Virus record (IMG/VR): IMGVR_UViG_3300006867_000088
Coordinates: 1 to 24,835 of that record
DNA: 24,835 nt
From: a virus
Lineage: Duplodnaviria > Caudoviricetes
Direction: 5' to 3' (one strand)
Shown in pieces: positions 16,418 through 23,181 of the stretch (position 1 is the first letter of the stretch; each line of letters opens with the position of its first letter). The notes below the pieces were generated by a model. The model searched no databases. It was not told where the DNA came from and worked only from the letters and a program-made list of their open reading frames with translations. Both the position numbers and the translations under genes were made by a program.

Positions 16418-16636
16418 ATGTTCACCACCACCACTACCCGCAACGTCAAGATGCACGGTTGGACGCTGCCTAAGGGTGCTTCCGTCGATGTGTACGAACT
16501 TTGGACGGAGTTCGGTTTCACGACCGGATCTGCCTACACCAAGCGCGACGGTACTTCGTGGTGCATCGCGGTTCCGGTTGATGCTTTGCCGACCGATGTT
16601 TGGTCGCAGGATCTTCCGCATAAGCATCGGCTATAA
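16418..16636 (+). CDS. Hypothetical protein in a stand-alone cassette
   Basis: GGGGAGG RBS, own promoter and terminator. Confidence 0.75.
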   Translation: MFTTTTTRNVKMHGWTLPKGASVDVYELWTEFGFTTGSAYTKRDGTSWCIAVPVDALPTDVWSQDLPHKHRL

Positions 16637-16637
16637 A

Positions 16638-16675
16638 GGAGAGTCCCCCGGCTTCGGCCGGGGGTTCTCTTTTTA
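16638..16675 (+). terminator. Intrinsic terminator
   Basis: GAGAGTCCCCCGGC-TTCG-GCCGGGGGTTCTC followed by T5. Confidence 0.85.
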
Positions 16676-16682
16676 TCCCGCG

Positions 16683-16721
16683 TGTCATACCTTGCGTGTT
16701 GTCTGACATCGGGTGTACCGT
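16683..16721 (+). promoter_or_regulatory. Promoter of the recombination/replication operon (TTGCGT-18-TACCGT) with two operator-like boxes
   Basis: Boxes TGTCATACC 16683-16691 and TGTCTGACA 16700-16708. Confidence 0.6.
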
Positions 16722-16753
16722 CGAACCACAACTGAATATGACCTGTGTAAAGA

Positions 16754-16787
16754 GACCGGGGGGTTGCACCTGCCGCGCTCCCCGGTC
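16754..16787 (+). promoter_or_regulatory. Leader hairpin with CCTGCC in its loop
   Basis: GACCGGGG/CCCCGGTC stem just upstream of the GGGAGG RBS. Confidence 0.5.
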
Positions 16788-16808
16788 GCACACAACAAGG
16801 GAGGAACC

Positions 16809-17006
16809 ATGTTAGAACTGTTGATTGGGACCGGCTGGACATTCGCTGCCGGGTTCCTTGGGTATTCGATTGCGTCTGCTCGCTACCGCAGCCGAATGCA
16901 GCACATTGAATCTAATCTCTACTACCTGCAACGTTACCTTGATGAGAGCCGTAAGCGGCTTGATCGTAGGCGTGCGGAGATCCACGAAAGGTACAACAAT
17001 GCTTGA
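16809..17006 (+). CDS. Small membrane-anchored coiled-coil protein
   Basis: AAGGGAGG RBS; N-terminal hydrophobic segment. Confidence 0.7.
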   Translation: MLELLIGTGWTFAAGFLGYSIASARYRSRMQHIESNLYYLQRYLDESRKRLDRRRAEIHERYNNA

Positions 17007-17388
17007 GTCTTTGGCGTTCGTTGCTATGGCTGCTCAGGGTCCGCAGGACATTCCTGATTCGCAGTACCGTGGCTACCACTATGAAGAGAAGTGGGAGCCG
17101 GTGCGGAAGTGCCTGATCTGGCGTGAGTCGCGTGGACGGTTACGCGCTGATGGTTCGGGGGGTAGTGGCTTGTATCAGTTCATTCAATCAACGTGGGATT
17201 CGTACGTTGATCGTGCCGGGTATCCGGAGTGGAAAGGCGTGCGACCGTATAAAGCACCACGTTATGTGCAGGATGAAATGTTCTGGTTGGTGATCAATCC
17301 TAAACCGAAGTTGAAGGGGTTGCACGGGAAAATGCATTGGTCCGTTACTCACGCGAACGTGAAGATCAGGGGATGTTTTGATGAATAA
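16999..17388 (+). CDS. Lysozyme-like transglycosylase (Rpf/SceD-like)
   Basis: CLIWRESRG...SGLYQFIQSTW....P..AP..VQD catalytic-Glu pattern. GAAAGG RBS. Confidence 0.75.
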   Translation: MLESLAFVAMAAQGPQDIPDSQYRGYHYEEKWEPVRKCLIWRESRGRLRADGSGGSGLYQFIQSTWDSYVDRAGYPEWKGVRPYKAPRYVQDEMFWLVINPKPKLKGLHGKMHWSVTHANVKIRGCFDE

Positions 17389-17947
17389 GGAACAGGCAGC
17401 GCAACTACGGCAACCATTTGATCCGAAGCATGTCGCCACGTTGAAGATCAGCGGTGGCGAGTTGCAGTACGTCGGCCACGCGGAGGTCACGGATCGGTTG
17501 CTTGAGGTTGATCCGGAGTGGTCGTGGGAACCGGTTGCGTTTGATGATGACGGGTTGCCGCGCTTCGATGAGCATGGTGGGTTGTGGATTCGGTTGACGG
17601 TGTGTGGCGTGACCCGTTACGGATATGGGGAGCCGCAGGGTCGGAAGGTGCATGACCGGCGTAAGGGTGCGATCAGTAACGCTATCCGCGTGGCGGCTAT
17701 GCGTTTCGGTGTGGCATTGGATTTGTGGCACAAGGACATTCCGGATGCCGAAGTTCAGGTTCCTGAGGAACCAAAGCCGGTCGCGGCTGAGAATCAAATC
17801 TTCAAGTGGAAAGCGGAGATTCTTGCGGCTGAATCTGAGGCTGACTTGTTGCGGGTCGGTAAGGATGTTGGAGCGTATGCGATGAGTGAGAACACGCACG
17901 CGGAGTTGCTTGCGGCGTGGAATGCACGGAAGGCGGCGTTGTCGTGA
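17381..17947 (+). CDS. Rad52/Rad22-like (Sak) single-strand annealing protein
   Basis: LRQPF, YVGHAEVTDRLLEVDPEWSW, LTVCGVTRYGYG and AISNAIRVAAMRFGVALDLW motifs. Confidence 0.85.
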   Translation: MNKEQAAQLRQPFDPKHVATLKISGGELQYVGHAEVTDRLLEVDPEWSWEPVAFDDDGLPRFDEHGGLWIRLTVCGVTRYGYGEPQGRKVHDRRKGAISNAIRVAAMRFGVALDLWHKDIPDAEVQVPEEPKPVAAENQIFKWKAEILAAESEADLLRVGKDVGAYAMSENTHAELLAAWNARKAALS

Positions 17948-18120
17948 TCTGTATGTGGTCGGGTTGCGTTGAGCACCCAACGGAGTATTGGTACATCAAG
18001 ACAGATGAAGGCATGGTTGATCGTGTGTTCTGTTACGCGCACGCGGTTGACGCTCGCGGTAACGATAAGGCTGCGTTCATTGACCGGTATGTGCCGGGTA
18101 GTGATGAGGGGGAGGCGTGA
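17944..18120 (+). CDS. Small Cys/His protein
   Basis: GTGA-coupled at both ends; C....C...C..H. Confidence 0.55.
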   Translation: MICMWSGCVEHPTEYWYIKTDEGMVDRVFCYAHAVDARGNDKAAFIDRYVPGSDEGEA

Positions 18121-18458
18121 ACAGTCCGGAGAATGTGCCGCCGATTACTGATGTGAGGTTCGCGGGATGGGACAAGGTAGAGCCATCGTTGCGGCAACTG
18201 ATGTTGTTGCGGAGTTTGCTCGCGTCGGAGGGTGTGAATCCGCAGGTGTTGTATGGGAGCGGGTTTACGTCTTTGGAGGATCTTTCGCGTTGGGGTGCGT
18301 CGTGGGGTATCTCTTATCTGGAAGCCGCGCAAGAGGCTAGGTGGGTTGAGCAGGAGCGCAGGAGGGTTGAGGAACATAACGCGGAGGTACTTGAACAGCG
18401 CATGAAGTCGATGATCGCTGATGTGTTGCGGGGGAACCGTGTCCGTTCCAAGTCGTAG
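18117..18458 (+). CDS. Hypothetical protein
   Basis: GGGGAGG RBS; coupled to the upstream ORF. Confidence 0.65.
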   Translation: MNSPENVPPITDVRFAGWDKVEPSLRQLMLLRSLLASEGVNPQVLYGSGFTSLEDLSRWGASWGISYLEAAQEARWVEQERRRVEEHNAEVLEQRMKSMIADVLRGNRVRSKS

Positions 18459-18672
18459 CGATTGGGAGCGGATGTCGTGGCACGCTCGCCAGAAGTGGAT
18501 GCGCAAGCATCGTGCGCGTCCCGTAGAAGATCAGCCGGAAATCGTACAAGATCCCGTGACAGTTCGTATCTATAAGTCATTCAATGACGGGATTGTGCAT
18601 CGTTGCCGGGAGTGCGGCGCATGGATGATCGACGTTTGTAATACTGATCATGGGAGGCGTTATGAACCCTGA
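18439..18672 (+). CDS. Hypothetical protein with C-terminal Zn ribbon (CRECG...C..DH)
   Basis: Fills the operon gap; start codon uncertain. Confidence 0.55.
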   Translation: MSVPSRSDWERMSWHARQKWMRKHRARPVEDQPEIVQDPVTVRIYKSFNDGIVHRCRECGAWMIDVCNTDHGRRYEP

Positions 18673-19015
18673 ACAGATGCGGGTGATTCAACGTCTTGGT
18701 GAGGTGTCGCGGTTACTTGATGCGGCTACGGAGGATCTGGCGCAGTTGGATGAGGATGCGGTGATTGCGAAGCAGCATTTTGAGGTTGAGTATGCGCGTG
18801 CTTTTCTGCAAGCGGAGGGTCCGGTTGATGTGCGTAAGCATCTTGCGACCGTCGCAACGTCGGATGCGCGGTTGACGTATGAGTTGTGTTACGCGAAGCA
18901 TCGTGCTTGTAAGGAACGCATGAATACGTTGCGTAATCAGTTGAGTACGGGTCAGACGGTTTCGGCTGCGTTGAGGCATCAGTTCGCGGCTGAGGGGACG
19001 GGACAGTTTACGTGA
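18662..19015 (+). CDS. Coiled-coil hypothetical protein
   Basis: GGGAGG RBS; helical; coupled to the HNH gene. Confidence 0.7.
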   Translation: MNPEQMRVIQRLGEVSRLLDAATEDLAQLDEDAVIAKQHFEVEYARAFLQAEGPVDVRKHLATVATSDARLTYELCYAKHRACKERMNTLRNQLSTGQTVSAALRHQFAAEGTGQFT

Positions 19016-19284
19016 GGTATCGGAGCCGGAAGATGGAGGCGAAGTACCGTCAGCGTCGTTCGCTGGTGACGCAGATGCTTGAGGAAAAACCGGTGTGTGA
19101 GCGTTGCGATCAGGCGCGGTCCACGGATATTCATGAAGTGGTGTCGCGTGCACGGGGTGGTTCGATTCTGGACCCGTCGAATCTGGTTGCGTTGTGCCGT
19201 CAATGCCATTCGTTTATCACTCAGAATCCGCTTATGGCTGAGGCTGAGGGTTGGAGCAAACACAGTTGGGAACGCGATGAGTAG
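19012..19284 (+). CDS. HNH endonuclease
   Basis: CERC...DIHE...RARGGS..D.SNL.ALCRQCH. Confidence 0.85.
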   Translation: MRYRSRKMEAKYRQRRSLVTQMLEEKPVCERCDQARSTDIHEVVSRARGGSILDPSNLVALCRQCHSFITQNPLMAEAEGWSKHSWERDE

Positions 19285-19609
19285 CAGGAAACAACGCGGG
19301 TATGACTCGCAGCAGATTGTTGCTAACTACTTCAAAGAGCATGGGTGGCCGTTCGCGGAACCTGTCGGTGCTGGACGTTCCGGTTCAGATGTGACCGGGA
19401 TTGTTGGTGTGGATGTTGAGGTGAAGGCTCGCCGGAATCTTGACTTGACCGGGACACTTCGTCAACAAGCGGCGCGTGCTTCTGACGGTGTGCTACCTTT
19501 GGCGGTCATACGACCGGACGGGTATGGACCGTCGAAGATCGGGGAATGGCCGTGCGTGGTTCCCCTGTCGGTGATGGTGAACCTATTGAGGGAGGCTGGT
19601 TACCAATGA
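19277..19609 (+). CDS. Holliday junction resolvase (Hjc-like PD-(D/E)xK)
   Basis: SRKQRGYDSQ..VA.Y...GW, G.D..G...VEVK. Confidence 0.75.
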   Translation: MSSRKQRGYDSQQIVANYFKEHGWPFAEPVGAGRSGSDVTGIVGVDVEVKARRNLDLTGTLRQQAARASDGVLPLAVIRPDGYGPSKIGEWPCVVPLSVMVNLLREAGYQ

Positions 19610-19857
19610 CGCATGAGCCGTGGATGGAACGCGGCAGATGCAGGGAAGTTGATCCGGAGTTGTTCTATCCGGAGCATAAGGGAGCGAACGCTACTCACGC
19701 GGCATACAAGAACGCGGTGAAGATTTGTTCGCTCTGTGAAGTGCGGAGTCAATGCTATGACTTCGCATGGCGTAACAATGAACAGTTCGGGATTTGGGGA
19801 GGCCATTACGCGCTTCAGATCCGTAGAGCGAAACGACGGAAGGAAAGAGAATCATGA
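19606..19857 (+). CDS. whiB: WhiB-family Fe-S transcription regulator
   Basis: Four Cys (CREVDPELFYP...ICSLC.V...C) and the GIWGG turn. Confidence 0.92.
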   Translation: MTHEPWMERGRCREVDPELFYPEHKGANATHAAYKNAVKICSLCEVRSQCYDFAWRNNEQFGIWGGHYALQIRRAKRRKERES

Positions 19858-20255
19858 GTGCTGGTATCACGTTGACGGGTCGTCTTGTGGCTGATCCTGA
19901 GTTGAGGTTCGGTGCGAACGGGAACGCGGTGTTGAATCTGCGGGTTGTCACTTCGGGTCGTCGTAAGACTGATGAGGGTTGGGTGGATGTTGATACGACG
20001 TTTTGGAGTGTGTCGGCGTTCAGGCAACTTGCGGAGAACGCGGCTGAGTCCCTGTCGAAGGGTGATCTGGTGATTGTGACGGGTAAGGCTAAGAGTCGTG
20101 ATTGGGAGGATAAGGAAGGCAACAAGCGTACTTCGTGGGAGGTTGCGGCTGATCATATTGGCGTTGATCTCGTGCGTACTACGACGAAAACTAATCAGGT
20201 TGCGCGGTCGTCCACGGCTGATGATGCGTGGGTGTCTGACGCGGCTCCGTTCTAA
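19854..20255 (+). CDS. ssb: Single-stranded DNA-binding protein
   Basis: GRLVADPELRF, LAENAAESLSKGD.VIV.G and acidic C-terminus ending APF. Confidence 0.95.
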   Translation: MSAGITLTGRLVADPELRFGANGNAVLNLRVVTSGRRKTDEGWVDVDTTFWSVSAFRQLAENAAESLSKGDLVIVTGKAKSRDWEDKEGNKRTSWEVAADHIGVDLVRTTTKTNQVARSSTADDAWVSDAAPF

Positions 20256-20269
20256 GGGAGGAAATCAAG

Positions 20270-20398
20270 ATGAGTAAGACGGTTATGTTGTCGTTCCGTG
20301 TGACGGAGGCTGATGAGTCGATGATTCGTCAGGCTGCTGAGCAGGCGGGAATGAGTGTGTCGGATTGGATTCGTGCGCGGATTGTGGGGGTGGTGTGA
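20270..20398 (+). CDS. Ribbon-helix-helix DNA-binding protein (42 aa, not in the ORF track)
   Basis: MSKTVMLSFRVTEADESMIRQAAEQAGMSVSDWIRARIVGVV. GGGAGG RBS. TGATG coupling to the next gene. Confidence 0.85.
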   Translation: MSKTVMLSFRVTEADESMIRQAAEQAGMSVSDWIRARIVGVV

Positions 20399-20778
20399 TG
20401 CCTTTGCAAATCATGAACGCGGAGTTGTATGCGGATCGGACGGTTCAGGATTGGCATAGGCGGGTGATGCCTGCGGATGCTGATGCTATTGATTTGGATT
20501 TGTTTGGGGTGTGTCATCGGGGGTATTGCCGTGACCCTCTGTATTTCATTGAGGCTACGACCAATCCGAATAAGCCTGCGACAATTCTGCGACGTTTGGC
20601 GTTGAAGGCTGACGCGTTCGGAATCGTCGTTCAGCACGACACAGAGACGATAACGGGTTTTCAGGTGGTGGCAGACCATCACGGTATGAAACACCCGCAG
20701 GTTTGGTCTGAGAGCGCGGGAGAGGCATTGGAGTCTCTGTTGTCGGCTATCCGTGCGGATCACGATAGTAGGCACTAG
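20398..20778 (+). CDS. Hypothetical protein, possible PD-(D/E)xK-like fold
   Basis: WHR...AIDLD...PLYFIE pattern; coupled to the RHH gene. Confidence 0.55.
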   Translation: MPLQIMNAELYADRTVQDWHRRVMPADADAIDLDLFGVCHRGYCRDPLYFIEATTNPNKPATILRRLALKADAFGIVVQHDTETITGFQVVADHHGMKHPQVWSESAGEALESLLSAIRADHDSRH

Positions 20779-20785
20779 GGGATCG

Positions 20786-20922
20786 TGGTATCATTGGGGA
20801 ATCCTGCCATGAACATAAGTCGTCCCGGCGTGCGCCGCTTCCCGTAGCGCATCACCGGGACTAACCGACGAGTGAGCGTCGGCTGGATGCGAGTCTAGCC
20901 GACCTGAAAGGCTAGGCAGGTA
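20786..20922 (+). promoter_or_regulatory. Extended -10 promoter (TGGTATCAT) and structured leader of the replication initiator
   Basis: Several hairpins, a CCTGCC(20803)/GGCAGG(20915) pair and a 12-aa uORF at 20809-20847. Confidence 0.55.
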
Positions 20923-21678
20923 ATGAGTATCGAAGCGTTGTCGATGGTGCTGAACCATTCACAGGCGAGAGGCGCAGCCAAGATAGTTCTCTTGGGAATC
21001 GCTAATCACCTAGGTCCGGATGCCGATGAAGGCGCATGGCCGTCACAAGACCGGTTAGCGTCTTACGCAAACGTGACTGATCGCGGCGTGCGCAAGGCAA
21101 TCAGGAATCTCGTTGAGTTGGGTGAACTGCGTGTTGAGGTCGCCGATGGTGTCAGCCGCAACCAATACAAACCGAATCGGTATTGGATTCAGTTGCAATG
21201 TCCTGCGGACTGTGACGGGTCGATGTGGCATCGCAGGGTGGAACTTTCTGACAATCAGGGTGGAACTTTTGAACAGTCAGGGAGGAACTTTCTTACCGAC
21301 AGGGTGGAACCACAGTTCCTACTAATCAGTAAAGAAACAACAGAGAACCGTCAGATAAATATGTTCGATGAGTTCTGGAAGGTTTACCCAAAGCGGGTAG
21401 GACGTAAGGCGGCTGTCACGAAGTGGCAGACCGCTATAAAGACCGCAACACCTGAACAAATCATCGAAGCCGCTAAGCGGTACAGGGATGATCCGAAGCG
21501 AGATCCCAACTTCACCGCGAACCCGGCAACGTGGCTGAATCAGGAACGCTGGTTAGACGAATACGAAACACCGAAACAATCCGGTCCGGTAACTGTCATG
21601 GATCTGTATGCTGACGAACCGTGTCCGCACGGTGATCCGTTGGGGGAGGCAAGATGTCCGCTATGCCGCAGGCGATGA
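20923..21678 (+). CDS. HTH replication initiator (lambda O/DnaD-like architecture)
   Basis: N-terminal AKIVLL.IAN...AWPSQDRLA......R.V...I..L.E.G winged HTH, a repetitive linker, and C-terminal FDEFWKVYPKRVG..A...PATWLNQERW.D. Confidence 0.85.
   Translation: MSIEALSMVLNHSQARGAAKIVLLGIANHLGPDADEGAWPSQDRLASYANVTDRGVRKAIRNLVELGELRVEVADGVSRNQYKPNRYWIQLQCPADCDGSMWHRRVELSDNQGGTFEQSGRNFLTDRVEPQFLLISKETTENRQINMFDEFWKVYPKRVGRKAAVTKWQTAIKTATPEQIIEAAKRYRDDPKRDPNFTANPATWLNQERWLDEYETPKQSGPVTVMDLYADEPCPHGDPLGEARCPLCRRR
21234..21362 (+). repeat. Four 22-bp iterons (CAGGGWGGAAC...) plus A-rich tract: putative replication origin
   Basis: Repeats start at 21234, 21256, 21278 and 21300. The 22-bp period is not a multiple of 3. 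An A-rich stretch follows. Confidence 0.8.
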
Positions 21679-22433
21679 CCTGCCAAATATGCAAACGGGA
21701 AACCGAATACGCCACCTGCGAACGCTGCACCGCACGAGTTCGACATCACCTAGGCGAGATAGTGAAATGGCAGGCACGCGCTGAACTGATCCCCGGTCAA
21801 GGTGGCGACGGTCGAAGCACGGAACGAACGATAGGTGTCCGCGTCAACGCACTAGATTCCGCAGCCGCATTCACGTACGTAAACGTTCTAGAGTCGTGGG
21901 AGATTGATTGGCGAGGTTTCTTCGAACTAACCCCGTACGGTGAAGCGTCACGGTCGCGCAACAAATCCACGCAACCCCATTTGATGCTAGGTGGGATTGT
22001 TGAGTTCCTGACCGGCTGGTTGGATCGCGCAGCCGTAGAACACCCCGCGTTCATTGATTTCGCGTCCGAAGTTCACACCCTCGCACGGCAGGCGAAAGAC
22101 GCAGCGAACGAACGCAAACGACCATCATGGCGGGTCACCTGTCCAACAGACACCGATGACGGTGAGTGCGGTCGGCAACTGCTGGTGTCGGGTGATGATT
22201 TCGGCGGTGAAGTGTTCTGTCGTGTCTGCGGCACGAGGTGGCCGGTAGAGCGCCTGCTGCGGGTAGTTGCGTCGTCGCGCTTGTCTGAGTTGTGGCTAGA
22301 CCCGGAAGCGGCGGCTGAGTATTGCGGCGTGTCTAGTCGCCTACTCAGGAAGTGGGGTCAACATGGGTTGATCAGGCGCGAACGTGGCAGATATGAGGTT
22401 CATTCGATTCGTTCGGCGTTGGAGGCAGAGTGA
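21675..22433 (+). CDS. Zn-finger protein with C-terminal MerR/excisionase-like HTH (putative transcription regulator)
   Basis: CQIC...CERC, CP...CG...CRVCG, and EAAAEYCGVSSRLLRKW..HGLI. Confidence 0.65.
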   Translation: MTCQICKRETEYATCERCTARVRHHLGEIVKWQARAELIPGQGGDGRSTERTIGVRVNALDSAAAFTYVNVLESWEIDWRGFFELTPYGEASRSRNKSTQPHLMLGGIVEFLTGWLDRAAVEHPAFIDFASEVHTLARQAKDAANERKRPSWRVTCPTDTDDGECGRQLLVSGDDFGGEVFCRVCGTRWPVERLLRVVASSRLSELWLDPEAAAEYCGVSSRLLRKWGQHGLIRRERGRYEVHSIRSALEAE

Positions 22434-22639
22434 GGTTCACGGAACAGGTTGAAGGGACGGCTCCGATCAGCGCACGGTGTCCCGTGTGCAGCGCGGTTGT
22501 GCCGATGATCACGGTTCAGGTGCAGCGGTATGGGTTTCTGCGTCGCCGGATCGCAGTTGTGGTGGATGGGGATGCTACGGATTTCGTGGCTCACCTGTGG
22601 TCGCACAGTCATCCGGTTTGGCAAAATTCGGACATTTAG
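22430..22639 (+). CDS. Small Zn-binding hypothetical protein
   Basis: GGAGG RBS; CPVC...H..SH. Confidence 0.6.
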   Translation: MRFTEQVEGTAPISARCPVCSAVVPMITVQVQRYGFLRRRIAVVVDGDATDFVAHLWSHSHPVWQNSDI

Positions 22640-22669
22640 GACGACTTTTGGGAAATCTTGGGTTTTGAC

Positions 22670-22698
22670 TTGACAGGCGTATGACAGACCCCTAGATT
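22670..22698 (+). promoter_or_regulatory. SigA-type promoter (TTGACA-17-TAGATT) with CGTATGACA box
   Basis: Shares 18 bp with the promoter at 16348. Its leader CGACAAGGGGAGGAACCCA is identical to that of the minus-strand cassette. Confidence 0.8.
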
Positions 22699-22736
22699 TA
22701 TCCATGCAAGGCAAACGACAAGGGGAGGAACCCACA

Positions 22737-22874
22737 ATGAACATCACACAGGATCAGATGATTGACGAAGCCATTGAACTTGCTAAGGCTGTCAACGGAT
22801 TGAATATCAGCGTCGCAGGCGACCAAGCCGCGCTAGAACTTGCCAAGGCTGTTCGCGGACTCAACCTCAAATAG
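22737..22874 (+). CDS. 45-aa hypothetical protein with internal duplication
   Basis: MNITQDQMIDEAIELAKAVNGLNISVAGDQAALELAKAVRGLNLK; strong RBS. Confidence 0.75.
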   Translation: MNITQDQMIDEAIELAKAVNGLNISVAGDQAALELAKAVRGLNLK

Positions 22875-22932
22875 TCGAAACCCCTTCGGGGGTCCGGCGG
22901 GAATGGTCTCCCGTCGCTGATGAGACAGACCA
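22874..22932 (+). ncRNA. Type II hammerhead ribozyme 1 (predicted cleavage after C22894)
   Basis: GUC-GAAA-CCCC-UUCG-GGGG-UC^-CGGCGGGA-loop-UCCCGUCG-CUGAUGA-GAC. Loop UGGUC(U) pairs with the 3' tail (A)GACCA. Confidence 0.92.
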
Positions 22933-22947
22933 CAGGGAGGCAACACC

Positions 22948-23103
22948 ATGAGCGTTTTTACAATCCTGTCAGAGGACGATATCCGTCTTTATTGGGGTCG
23001 CCTGACACCTGAACAACAGGAAACCTTCACGGAGGCGAGCGTCGCCTATCGGAAGGCAAAGCACCTTGTTTCCGAAATCATCATTGATTCATTGGAGGAT
23101 TAG
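22948..23103 (+). CDS. 51-aa hypothetical protein bracketed by the two hammerheads
   Basis: MSVFTILSEDDIRLYWGRLTPEQQETFTEASVAYRKAKHLVSEIIIDSLED; GGGAGG RBS. Confidence 0.75.
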   Translation: MSVFTILSEDDIRLYWGRLTPEQQETFTEASVAYRKAKHLVSEIIIDSLED

Positions 23104-23163
23104 TCGAAACCCGCTTCGGCGGGTCGTGCGGAGTTCGCCTACCGCACCTGACGAGACAGGCGA
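23103..23163 (+). ncRNA. Type II hammerhead ribozyme 2 (predicted cleavage after C23125)
   Basis: GUC-GAAA-CCCGC-UUCG-GCGGG-UC^-GUGCGG-loop-CCGCAC-CUGACGA-GAC. Loop UCGCCU pairs with the tail AGGCGA. Confidence 0.92.
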
Positions 23164-23181
23164 CACAGGGAGGAACCTGAG

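Noticed and set aside
20309-20320. Other CTGATGA words as additional hammerheads
   Set aside because: They lie in coding sequence with no matching GAAA/stem arrangement.
21234-21319. CRISPR-like mini-array
   Set aside because: Contiguous 22-bp units without spacers, inside a replication initiator; better explained as iterons.
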